Shown: in pieces, positions 1 through 7,613 of the stretch
Numbering within the stretch: the first letter of the stretch is position 1
Layout of the letters: the number at the start of each line of letters is the position of its first letter
Program-made: the position numbers and the translations under genes
Notes under the pieces: generated by a model
The model's database searches: none
Told to the model about the DNA's origin: nothing
The model's input: the letters and a program-made list of their open reading frames with translations, nothing else
DNA from: an uncultured bacterium
GTDB taxonomy: Bacteria > Patescibacteriota > Saccharimonadia > UBA4664
Assembly (NCBI GenBank): GCA_963720265.1
Contig: CAVRET010000001.1
Location: 261,916 to 325,915 of the forward strand
Length of the DNA stretch: 64,000 nt
Direction of reading: 5' to 3'

Positions 1-99
1 TTGAGTTGGTGCAGTGACCGGGCAAATTCGGCTAATTCTCGCGCTTCGCCGGAGCTTGCTCCAGCTTGCCGCAGCTCCGCTTCGAGTGAATGGGCGTCG

Positions 100-603
100 T
101 TATTCCCCATTTTCTAAGACCTTTCTTAGTTTCCTGAGCGCTCTAAATTGCATGATTCGTACGTTGCCCTCAGAGACACCAAGTATTTCGCCCACCTCCC
201 GAGCCGATAATTCATCAATGAAGCGTAATATCACGACCGCCCGCAGCTCTTCGGGCAGCGTGTCCAACGACTTTCCAAGCAGCCAAACTCTCTTTTCGGC
301 ATCGTAGTCGTAAGGATCAGTGTTATCTGCGATTCGCTCGGTTAGTCCTGGCACGTCGTCCATGAAAAGATCCTTTTTCTTGCGCCAGTGATCGGTTAGC
401 AGATTACGAGCGATGCGGTACAACCAAGCCTGAGCCGACCCACCCTTAAAGCTCTTGCGTGATCCCCACGCCCGCTCGAATGTCGCGCTCGTCAGGTCTT
501 GTGCGAGAGTAGTATCCTTTGTCTGCCAGTACAAGAAGCGGTAAATCGCTTGGCCGTATTTTTGATAGGCTTCTTGAAAGCCTTCTTTGGAGTCCAGTTT
601 CAT
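100..603 (-). CDS. RNA polymerase sigma-70 factor, ECF subfamily
   Basis: 167 aa; region 2 and region 4 signatures (YRFLYW..., DLTSATFERAW, C-terminal ELSAREVGEILGVSEGNVRIMQFRALRKLR HTH). Confidence 0.8.
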   Translation of the reverse strand: MKLDSKEGFQEAYQKYGQAIYRFLYWQTKDTTLAQDLTSATFERAWGSRKSFKGGSAQAWLYRIARNLLTDHWRKKKDLFMDDVPGLTERIADNTDPYDYDAEKRVWLLGKSLDTLPEELRAVVILRFIDELSAREVGEILGVSEGNVRIMQFRALRKLRKVLENGE

Positions 604-720
604 CCTCTGTTATGTATAACGAGTTGCCTGCCTAAATGTTACGGGCATGTGTACATATTGCGAAGCATTCGAGTAAGGGCTTGGTGGCGTTAAACAGGAA
701 ATGACTGAATTACGGCGTTG

Positions 721-755
721 CTAGAGCCCTTGGGTAAAATGCCCAGGGGCTCTAG
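721..755 (-). terminator. Strong 14-bp hairpin (ctagagcccttggg/cccaggggctctag) downstream of the 805..1098 gene
   Basis: Near-perfect inverted repeat with 7-nt loop read directly in sequence; no clear U-tract. Confidence 0.35.
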
Positions 756-804
756 CGTTAACCGTTTGCGCTATTCAAGCGGCTGAGCGGCCAGCGGCTA
801 CTTA

Positions 805-1098
805 CTAATAATAGTTGCTATTGCCGTATTGCATATTGTTACCATTTCCGTAGTTGTTGCTACCGTTGCCGTACATCATTTGGTACCGCTTGCCGTTGCA
901 ATTAAAATCCTTGCCGTAACTCCCATAGTTGTTGTTTCTGTTCATCTGGCTGTAGTTGCTATTGCTAGCATAGCGCATGTTATTGTTGTATCCGTTGTTG
1001 CCATAATTTGGCATATTTGAATAGGCTATCAAGATACCCTCCTCACTTATATTATTTACTTGTTCGACTATGAGCTTGTTATCTGGGATTTGATTCAT
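805..1098 (-). CDS. Hypothetical Asn/Tyr/Gly-rich low-complexity small protein (prion-like composition)
   Basis: Internal ATG (MNQIPDNKLIVEQ...) with AAGG 4 nt upstream; C-terminal 60 aa almost only N, Y, G, S, M. The 5' part of the longer track ORF 805..1341 looks non-coding. Confidence 0.3.
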   Translation of the reverse strand: MNQIPDNKLIVEQVNNISEEGILIAYSNMPNYGNNGYNNNMRYASNSNYSQMNRNNNYGSYGKDFNCNGKRYQMMYGNGSNNYGNGNNMQYGNSNYY

Positions 1099-1164
1099 AA
1101 CCTTGGCAAAATAAGCTACAAAGTATGGGGTAACTTTTTGTGGCAACCGATGTAACGCCACTAC

Positions 1165-1200
1165 CCTGGTTGAGCAGGACGGTCTAGAACCCGGGTTCGA
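1165..1200. repeat. Copy A of a ~35-nt conserved intergenic motif (cctggttgagcaggacggtctagaacccgggttcg); contains a tRNA T-loop-like GGTTCGATCC
   Basis: About 30/35 identity to copy B at 2818..2855; read directly. Confidence 0.35.
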
Positions 1201-1493
1201 TCCCGTTTTTGCTCGATAAATGCTGCAAACGTGCTGTAGCTTTGGCCGGCCCAAGCAGAATATATCTTCCCCAAAGATGAAGTGGAAAGGGAAGGCAATA
1301 TTGTACTGGAAGGAATCAGCCGTAGCTGCATATTTAGTCAAGACTTTACTGCTGCGATTGCGTTTCGGTCGTATAACTTGTCGGCACTGTAATGTGCTCG
1401 TTTTCGTAATTATAGGTAGTGTCGCTATTCACAAGACCCCCGGAATTTGAGACTTTCTCTAGGGTTCGGAACTTGTTGAAAGGTCATCTTAAG

Positions 1494-1522
1494 TTGACTT
1501 TGTACGGCATCAATCTTACAAT
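1494..1522 (+). promoter_or_regulatory. Sigma70-like promoter TTGACT-17-TACAAT; predicted TSS falls on the antitoxin ATG (leaderless)
   Basis: -35 at 1494..1499, 17-nt spacer, -10 at 1517..1522; ATG at 1529 is 7 nt downstream. Confidence 0.5.
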
Positions 1523-1528
1523 GTGACC

Positions 1529-1810
1529 ATGAAGACTACCACTATTAGTACCAAGGAAATACGTAATGATCTCGAAGGATTCTTGCGCAAATTGAAGAGT
1601 GGTCAGACGATTCAGGTGCTGTATCGCTCCAAGCCGTTCGTGACGGTAGCGGCAAAGAATGGCGTTGATCCGTATCAGAAAGATGACGCCGGCAGCCCGG
1701 TTGCGGCTAGGCGCAATGTTAAGTTCGTGAAATCTTTGCGGGATCGACCCGTCGTATTTTCTCCCTCCAAGAACTTCAAGGAGCTGTACGAGGATTCTCA
1801 GAGCTTGTGA
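1529..1810 (+). CDS. Phd/YefM-family antitoxin
   Basis: N-terminal TISTKEIRNDLEGFLRKLKSGQTIQVLYRSKPFVTVAA matches the Phd/YefM fold. Overlaps the downstream PIN gene by GTGA. Track ORF starts at GTG 1523; ATG 1529 preferred. Confidence 0.65.
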   Translation: MKTTTISTKEIRNDLEGFLRKLKSGQTIQVLYRSKPFVTVAAKNGVDPYQKDDAGSPVAARRNVKFVKSLRDRPVVFSPSKNFKELYEDSQSL

Positions 1811-2187
1811 TTTTGCTCGACGCGAATATATTGCTTGAGATGCTGATTGCGGGGCGGCCTAAAAAGGCAGCCGTGTTTGATTGGATGGACGAAAACAAAG
1901 ACCAGTTCTGCGTCAGCATGCTGACGGTTCACTTAGTGCTTCATTTTGGGCTAAAAGACGGGCTAACGATAGCAGAACTAAAGACATTTCTTTCTGACTA
2001 TCCAAAAATGGGATTACTGCCCGAGGATTACGCCGCGGCCATAGACATGCTACGTGATGCAGATCACGAAGATGCGTTGCAGTTGGCCGTGGCTGAACGA
2101 GTAGGTTGTTCGAGTATCGTAACTCTCGACCAAAAGTTTGCACGTACGTATCAGGACAGACTAACATTCGTTACGCCTGGAAGTTAG
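1807..2187 (+). CDS. vapC: PIN-domain toxin (VapC-like)
   Basis: ILLDANILLE N-terminus (Asp of PIN), C-terminal SIVTLDQKFAR motif; 4-bp overlap with the antitoxin. Confidence 0.7.
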   Translation: MILLDANILLEMLIAGRPKKAAVFDWMDENKDQFCVSMLTVHLVLHFGLKDGLTIAELKTFLSDYPKMGLLPEDYAAAIDMLRDADHEDALQLAVAERVGCSSIVTLDQKFARTYQDRLTFVTPGS

Positions 2188-2204
2188 CCAAGGCAAACGG
2201 CGGC

Positions 2205-2522
2205 TTACAACTTCGTAAATCTGGGGACCGCTTTGCCTTCCCGCTCAACTCGCTCTAACCATACTGTCAGCGGGCGTGGAAATGTCAGTCGTTCGCCATA
2301 TTGTGCTACGTAGATAACACAAAGTTCATCATTGGCTCCTAAAAATCCTAGACCTACAATTTCATAAGCCTTGTCCTTACCCTTGTAGTGCCAATACTGA
2401 GCTCCGACTCTAATCTTAGTTTTAGCGTCGTCTATTTCTCTTTTTAATTCGGGCTGCTCTTTATCAGTTCTTCCTATGGCGAAATTATAGCGAACAAAAG
2501 GACTTCCGAAGAAGTCTTTCAT
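2205..2522 (-). CDS. DUF1653-family protein
   Basis: WHYKGKDKAYEIVGL...CVIYVAQYGERLTFPRPLTVWLE resembles the DUF1653 consensus (YRHYKG..Y.V..). Internal start MKDFF preferred over the track start. Confidence 0.55.
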   Translation of the reverse strand: MKDFFGSPFVRYNFAIGRTDKEQPELKREIDDAKTKIRVGAQYWHYKGKDKAYEIVGLGFLGANDELCVIYVAQYGERLTFPRPLTVWLERVEREGKAVPRFTKL

Positions 2523-2817
2523 AGTGCTTGTGCTTTGGCTGGGGTGGCAGTATTTATTCCAAACGTTTGAGGATGATACTGATGTCAACGTAGTGGAAAG
2601 TCGCCAGCTGCTAGAGGACGCCGATGATTCCGACAGGTTACTATTTAAGCGGTAACATCATTTAGAAAGTCAAAGAGTAGTCCATTCATTTCACTGTAGT
2701 TATGGTTTCTCAACTGTTCGGCGGTTTCAACATACGTCAAACCCCTATAGCTTTCTAGCTCACGAGGCACTATTTTCTATCATTCCATTAATCGCTTCAA
2801 TCGTGAACTCAAAGTGA

Positions 2818-2855
2818 TTGCCTGGCTGAGCATGACGGCCTAGAACTCGGCTGAG
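2818..2855. repeat. Copy B of the ~35-nt intergenic motif (cctggctgagcatgacggcctagaactcggctgag)
   Basis: Matches copy A at 1165..1200. Confidence 0.35.
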
Positions 2856-2965
2856 TATTTTAAATGCGAAAGTGAGAAACTGATTTCCCTAAAGGTAGCC
2901 GAGCTTCTTAAAAGAAACGACTCCCGGTGGCCATAGCTTATATTCTGGCAATTTTTTAATACCAA

Positions 2966-3943
2966 ATGACTTATGATAACCGTATGCTTTTACTGCAAAA
3001 ATTAGGCCGCAGTCGCTACGTGCAAGCCGCACTCGTAGTGGGCTTAGTTGTCGTCCTGGGTTACATCATCCATGCTAGTCATGCCGCCACCTTGGTCGGA
3101 GATCTTAATGGTGATGATGCCGTTAATGTCTTTGACCTTTCTATTCTGTTATCTAATTGGAATACCGTAGATCCCGCTATCCAAACCAACCTTGGGAGAA
3201 GTACTACCGAAGCGGTTGGTATCTTTGACTTATCAGTCTTACTCTCCAACTGGGGTCAAACTGGTTCCACTCCAACTGCTACTCCCATTCCTACTGCAAC
3301 TCCCACTCCCACAGTTGCCTTCGTTCAGGCTGACGACACTGGCAGCTTCAACGGCAACGACACCAGCATCGGTAGTGGCACGTACAACCAAGTGCTCGCT
3401 CACGCCACGGGTATAGGCCACACCGTTATTCTCGTAATCCAGACCTTGACCGACCCTGGCACTCAGACGGACACCGTCCAAAGCATCTCTTCAGGGATGG
3501 GTACCTTCCACTTCGTCAACTCGTACAACGATGGTGCTGATAACGAGATATGGATTTGCAATGATACAACTGGCGCGGCCGATACGATGACAGTGAACAC
3601 GTCGACCAACGCGTGGGATGCCTTTGCCATAGAGTTCAACCAACCCGCTACCGGTTTCGTTAATGGCGGTGGCCAGGTTGCTACTCTGGACTACCTGGCT
3701 AACCAGAGCTGGACTCTCTCGCCTGGAGCAGCTGGCAATGTCGCTTTTGTTGCGGTTGACACGGCTGATGCCTACGAGACCGACCCATCTTCACCTTGGA
3801 CCTCCTACGACAAGGGGTACTGGGCCTTCGACAACGGGACTTCGGCGGCTTGGCAAGTGGCTTCGTCAGCATCTCCCGTCACTGCTACTTGGGAACAAGA
3901 CGGCGGCTTGGTTAGCTCTCAGGGTGTGGTGGTTGAGTATTAG
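2966..3943 (+). CDS. Secreted/anchored protein with a dockerin-like EF-hand repeat pair, a Pro/Thr linker and an uncharacterised C-terminal domain
   Basis: N-terminal hydrophobic segment; GDLNGDDAVNVFDLSILLSNW fits the type-I dockerin Ca-loop pattern (D.N.DG.VN..D); a degenerate second repeat VGIFDLSVLLSNW; then TPTATPIPTATPTPT linker. Confidence 0.5.
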   Translation: MTYDNRMLLLQKLGRSRYVQAALVVGLVVVLGYIIHASHAATLVGDLNGDDAVNVFDLSILLSNWNTVDPAIQTNLGRSTTEAVGIFDLSVLLSNWGQTGSTPTATPIPTATPTPTVAFVQADDTGSFNGNDTSIGSGTYNQVLAHATGIGHTVILVIQTLTDPGTQTDTVQSISSGMGTFHFVNSYNDGADNEIWICNDTTGAADTMTVNTSTNAWDAFAIEFNQPATGFVNGGGQVATLDYLANQSWTLSPGAAGNVAFVAVDTADAYETDPSSPWTSYDKGYWAFDNGTSAAWQVASSASPVTATWEQDGGLVSSQGVVVEY

Positions 3944-4045
3944 GAAGCAGTCGCAGGAGAATGTGATGTGCCCGAGGTCAAAGCCCTGATCGTTAGCGAT
4001 GGACTCTCGGGTCGTTCTCGCCCTCTGAGGAATTTTGAGAAGGAA

Positions 4046-4072
4046 AGGACCGGTCACCGAACCCGGTCTTTA
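4046..4072 (+). terminator. Rho-independent terminator after the dockerin-like gene
   Basis: aggaccggtcaccgaacccggtcttt hairpin followed by T-rich tail. Confidence 0.4.
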
Positions 4073-4253
4073 AGATTAATGCTTACTTTGGCTGGCGCGG
4101 TATCCCTCAGGTGGAACCAAATGTATCCAAGTCTGCTTGTAACGCATCGCAAATTGAGAGAATTGGGCCTTGATCCTGGTGACGAGCGATGCTAGCCCTC
4201 GAGGATATCATCCTTGAAGCTGTTGTCGGGCGAGACATTAAACTCAAACAATT

Positions 4254-4541
4254 TCATATCCCACTATATTCATATTCATGGCCGGGACAGATAACAAATA
4301 CATCGCCTTGGGCCATTTCATAAACTTTCGTGTCCAAAATGAATGTGCCCGTGCCTTCGGCAACGAAATAGACGCGCGTGGTATCGATCATTCGTTTTCG
4401 GGGATGCCGACCCTTAACCGTGACAAGCAGCGCGTTAAAACCGGCTTTCATTTCTCGGGTGATATACTCTTGGCCCGAGAAGCCACCTGCGTCAAAGGAA
4501 TCGGTGTCTTCGAGAGCAACTTTTCTGGTGATGTCTTTCAT
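4254..4541 (-). CDS. Cupin-domain protein
   Basis: 95 aa; VYFVAEGTGTFILD...YEMAQGDVFVICPGHEY is a typical cupin_2 two-motif pattern. Confidence 0.55.
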   Translation of the reverse strand: MKDITRKVALEDTDSFDAGGFSGQEYITREMKAGFNALLVTVKGRHPRKRMIDTTRVYFVAEGTGTFILDTKVYEMAQGDVFVICPGHEYEYSGI

Positions 4542-4628
4542 GAGTGCAAGTATAGCAAGCTTTGGTTCCAGACCCGGATACCGCGCCGCTCCTTAGGGTT
4601 AGAACCCAATCAACAGATGGAAAAGTTG

Positions 4629-4664
4629 AAACAAATTAAAAAGGCCTCGGAATTGGAGGGCCTT
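4629..4664 (-). terminator. Terminator hairpin downstream of tRNA-Gln (symmetric, could act in both directions)
   Basis: aaggcctcggaattggagggcctt stem-loop; T-run on the minus strand immediately after. Confidence 0.45.
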
Positions 4665-4683
4665 TCTATCTGTAATAATGCCT

Positions 4684-4758
4684 TGGCTGGGGCGGCAGGG
4701 TTCGAACCTGCGTATCACGGGACCAAAACCCGTTGCCTTACCACTTGGCTACGCCCCA
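4684..4758 (-). tRNA. tRNA-Gln (anticodon UUG), CCA encoded
   Basis: 75-nt cloverleaf drawn by hand: acceptor TGGGGCG/CGCCCCA, D-arm GCCAAGTGGTAAGGC, anticodon arm ACGGG-TTTTGGT-CCCGT, T-arm GCAGG-TTCGAAC-CCTGC, discriminator G, CCA. Close to the E. coli tRNA-Gln layout. Confidence 0.85.
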
Positions 4759-4811
4759 CTGTTCCGGCCACTGACGGACGAACGGACTGATTTTAGCTTA
4801 TACTGAGAGCT

Positions 4812-6497
4812 ATGGCAAACTCTAAGCGGAAGCTCATTGAAGGAAAATACGAGAGTCCTTCCGCCAGACGTCAAGCCGAATGGCCGGTGCGGTTGGTGGC
4901 CGCGCTGGTGTTTTTGAATGGGCTGTTTGCGATCCTTGAGGTGCTGTATAGCCGGCTGAGCCTGAGATTAGAGAGTTTCCTGCCGATTGACTATGAGTAC
5001 TACGGGCGGTTTTTTGGATTGTTTGCCGGACTGCTGCTCATGTACTTTTCCGGGCGGCTGCTGGCCAGGAAGCAACTGGCATGGTGGATCGCCTTCGTAG
5101 CGTCGGCGCTGATTGTGCTTGACCATGCGCTGCTGTCGCGGCATGCGACAGCGCTGCTGTTGCCCTCGGTGACGCTGGCGCTACTCGCGATTTACAAGGA
5201 AGAGTTTGTGGTGCGCAGCGAGCCGACGAATATCGCTCAGGGTGTTAAGCTGCTCGCGCTATCGCTCGGCATTGCTTTGGCGTACGGGACGATTGGTTTT
5301 GTGAAGCTACTGCCGCGTGATTTTCGGCCGCCTCAGCAAATTACATGGAGTGAAGCGGTGGTGCGGACCGTGCGCGAGTATACGTTGGTGGGGAATACCG
5401 ACCTGGTGCCGCGAACGGCGGAGGCAAAATTCTTCTTAACATCGTTGGATGTGTTTGGAGCAGCGTCGATTGGGCTGGCGTTTTACAGCTTGTTCCGGCC
5501 GCTGGCATACCGGTTTGCGACCTTGCCGGCCGAGCGGGCGCGGGCGCGGGAATTACTGGAGCGCTATGGTAACTCAAGTGAAGACGCGTTTAAGTTATGG
5601 CCCGAGGATAAGAGCTACTTTTTTCTGGGCGACGGCTTTATTGCGTACCGGGTAGAGCTTGGTGTGGCCGTGGCGCTAGGCGAGCCGGTGGCGGCAGAAG
5701 GAGCGCACGCGGCTGTGGTGCAGGCGTTCCGCGAGTACTGCCAGCTGCACGGCTGGCAGGTGGCATTTGTCTACGTAAAGCCGGAGCAACTAGGTATATT
5801 TGAGCGCGCCGGTTTGAGGCCGCTGAAAATCGGTGAGGATGCGATTGTTGATACAGCCCATTTTGAGGACGACGTCGTGCACAATAAGCACTTTCGAGCT
5901 GTTACCAACAAATTTAAGCGGCTGGGATATGAGTTTGCGGTATCGGATCCGCCGCATGGACAGGGTGTTTTGAATGAGGCAGCGGCCGTGACGCGCGCTT
6001 GGCTTAACAGCGACGGCCGGGTAGAGCGCGGATTTGGGCTTGGCTATCACGAGCACGGATATTTGCAACGATCACGGCTGTATTTGGTGTATGACGGCGA
6101 GCATCGGCTAGCGGCCTTTGCCAACGGCGTGACATCGTATAACCCCAGGCAGGAAACCATTGACCTGATGCGCTACGTGCCCGGTACTGAAACCGGTGTG
6201 ATGGACCGGCTGTTCGTCGGTATCGTCGGCGCGTTGGCGGTGCGCGGGATAGCGGAATTTAGCCTGGGTCTGGCGCCGCTGGTGGGCGTGGGTAAAGGTG
6301 ACGAGCCAACGCCGGAGGAGCGCGCGATCGGCAGTCTGGCGCGCTTGGGAGGGCGGTCGTTTTCGTTTGACGGTTTGCGGCGATTTAAAGACAAGTTTGA
6401 GCCGCGCTGGGAAGAGCGCTACCTGGTATACGAACGTGGCCCGGTGGGGTTGGCTCTAACGGCAGCCGCGGTGAGGGCGGCGATGAAACCGCGCTAA
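4812..6497 (+). CDS. MprF-like aminoacyl-phosphatidylglycerol synthase (N-terminal membrane domain + DUF2156/LPG_synthase_C domain)
   Basis: N-terminal TM helices; C-terminal KFKRLGYEF...GRSFSFDGLRRFKDKFEPRWEERYLV resembles the MprF C-terminal synthase domain. Confidence 0.55.
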   Translation: MANSKRKLIEGKYESPSARRQAEWPVRLVAALVFLNGLFAILEVLYSRLSLRLESFLPIDYEYYGRFFGLFAGLLLMYFSGRLLARKQLAWWIAFVASALIVLDHALLSRHATALLLPSVTLALLAIYKEEFVVRSEPTNIAQGVKLLALSLGIALAYGTIGFVKLLPRDFRPPQQITWSEAVVRTVREYTLVGNTDLVPRTAEAKFFLTSLDVFGAASIGLAFYSLFRPLAYRFATLPAERARARELLERYGNSSEDAFKLWPEDKSYFFLGDGFIAYRVELGVAVALGEPVAAEGAHAAVVQAFREYCQLHGWQVAFVYVKPEQLGIFERAGLRPLKIGEDAIVDTAHFEDDVVHNKHFRAVTNKFKRLGYEFAVSDPPHGQGVLNEAAAVTRAWLNSDGRVERGFGLGYHEHGYLQRSRLYLVYDGEHRLAAFANGVTSYNPRQETIDLMRYVPGTETGVMDRLFVGIVGALAVRGIAEFSLGLAPLVGVGKGDEPTPEERAIGSLARLGGRSFSFDGLRRFKDKFEPRWEERYLVYERGPVGLALTAAAVRAAMKPR

Positions 6498-6560
6498 ACG
6501 TCGGCCGGCGCCTGGCCGTCGGTTGCGAAGCTACCGGCCTTATGCCACGATGAACGTGTT

Positions 6561-7613
6561 ATGACGCAACAATCCTCGGTGTCAGCGCGCACCATTCTCA
6601 AAGTTTTGAGCTTAACGGCCGGGTTTGTGTTACTGCTCATGGTTGCCTATATGACGAGGCGGGAACTGGTGTGGATTGGTGTGGCGTTTTTCCTGGCGGT
6701 GGCGCTTAATCCGGCTGTGGACTGGTTTGTGCGGCGGGCCCGGATGAACCGAGGGCTGGCGGCCGGTGCGGTGTTTGCCGGCATGCTGGCCGTGTTTGCG
6801 TTTATCGCGGTCACACTTGTGCCGCCGGTGATCCGACAGAGCGAGCAATTGGTTACCAATGTACCGGGTTACGCCAGTGAGCTGGTGAACGGTAATACGG
6901 TGATAAGCCGGCAAGTGCGATCGCTGGGACTCGCGAACGAGATACAGTCGAGCCAAAATGAGCTGTTGCATTATGCGACCGGCGCGGGCGGGTCGGTATT
7001 TAAGATCGTACAGGGCATATTTTCGAGCTTCGCTGCCGGCATAACGATCATCTTTTTGACCTATTTCATGCTTTTGGAGGGACCGGGCTGGTTGGCGCAA
7101 TTTTGGAGGCTGGTGCCGGAGCGAAGGCGGGAACACGGCCAACATTTGGCCGCCCAAATGTATCGTGCCGTCACCGGCTATGTGACCGGCAATTTACTGA
7201 CGAGTTTGCTGGTAGCACTGCTGGTGGCCACGATGCTGACATTGGTGCGGGTGCCGTTTGCCGTGCCACTGGGCATTCTGGTGGGCTTGTTTGATCTCTT
7301 GCCACTGGTGGGTGCGACAATTGGTGCCATAGTTGTGGTCGCGGCCGCGCTGTTTGCATCATTTGCAGCGGCTGTTATTATGACGATTTTTTTCGTGGTC
7401 TATCAGCAGATTGAAAATCATGTGCTGCAGCCGATCATTTATGGCAGGACAGTGCAGATGTCGCCGCTAACGGTGCTGGTATCAATATTGCTAGGCGCGG
7501 GGCTGGCTGGCATTATCGGCGCGATTGTGGCAATCCCGGTTGGCGCGAGCGTGCAGATTTTGCTCAAAGATTTCGTGGCTACAAGGTCGAAGGATCAGCC
7601 GCCGGCTCATTAA
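6561..7613 (+). CDS. AI-2E family transporter (PerM/UPF0118)
   Basis: 350 aa multi-TM protein with the typical AI-2E arrangement (N-terminal TM pair, central loop, C-terminal TM bundle). Confidence 0.65.
   Translation: MTQQSSVSARTILKVLSLTAGFVLLLMVAYMTRRELVWIGVAFFLAVALNPAVDWFVRRARMNRGLAAGAVFAGMLAVFAFIAVTLVPPVIRQSEQLVTNVPGYASELVNGNTVISRQVRSLGLANEIQSSQNELLHYATGAGGSVFKIVQGIFSSFAAGITIIFLTYFMLLEGPGWLAQFWRLVPERRREHGQHLAAQMYRAVTGYVTGNLLTSLLVALLVATMLTLVRVPFAVPLGILVGLFDLLPLVGATIGAIVVVAAALFASFAAAVIMTIFFVVYQQIENHVLQPIIYGRTVQMSPLTVLVSILLGAGLAGIIGAIVAIPVGASVQILLKDFVATRSKDQPPAH

Noticed and set aside
1141-1215. tRNA-like stretch with GGTTCGATCC T-loop consensus
   Set aside because: Could not fold a cloverleaf on either strand. 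The T-stem (ccggg / ccgtt) and the acceptor do not pair and no D-arm is found. Treated as part of a repeat/att-like motif rather than a tRNA gene.
805-1341. Full-length 178-aa track ORF
   Set aside because: The N-terminal 81 codons have no RBS or coding-like composition and overlap the tRNA-like/repeat region; only the internal-ATG 97-aa version was kept, at low confidence.
4278-4790. 170-aa plus-strand ORF
   Set aside because: Antisense to the cupin gene and running through the tRNA-Gln and its terminator; composition artefact.
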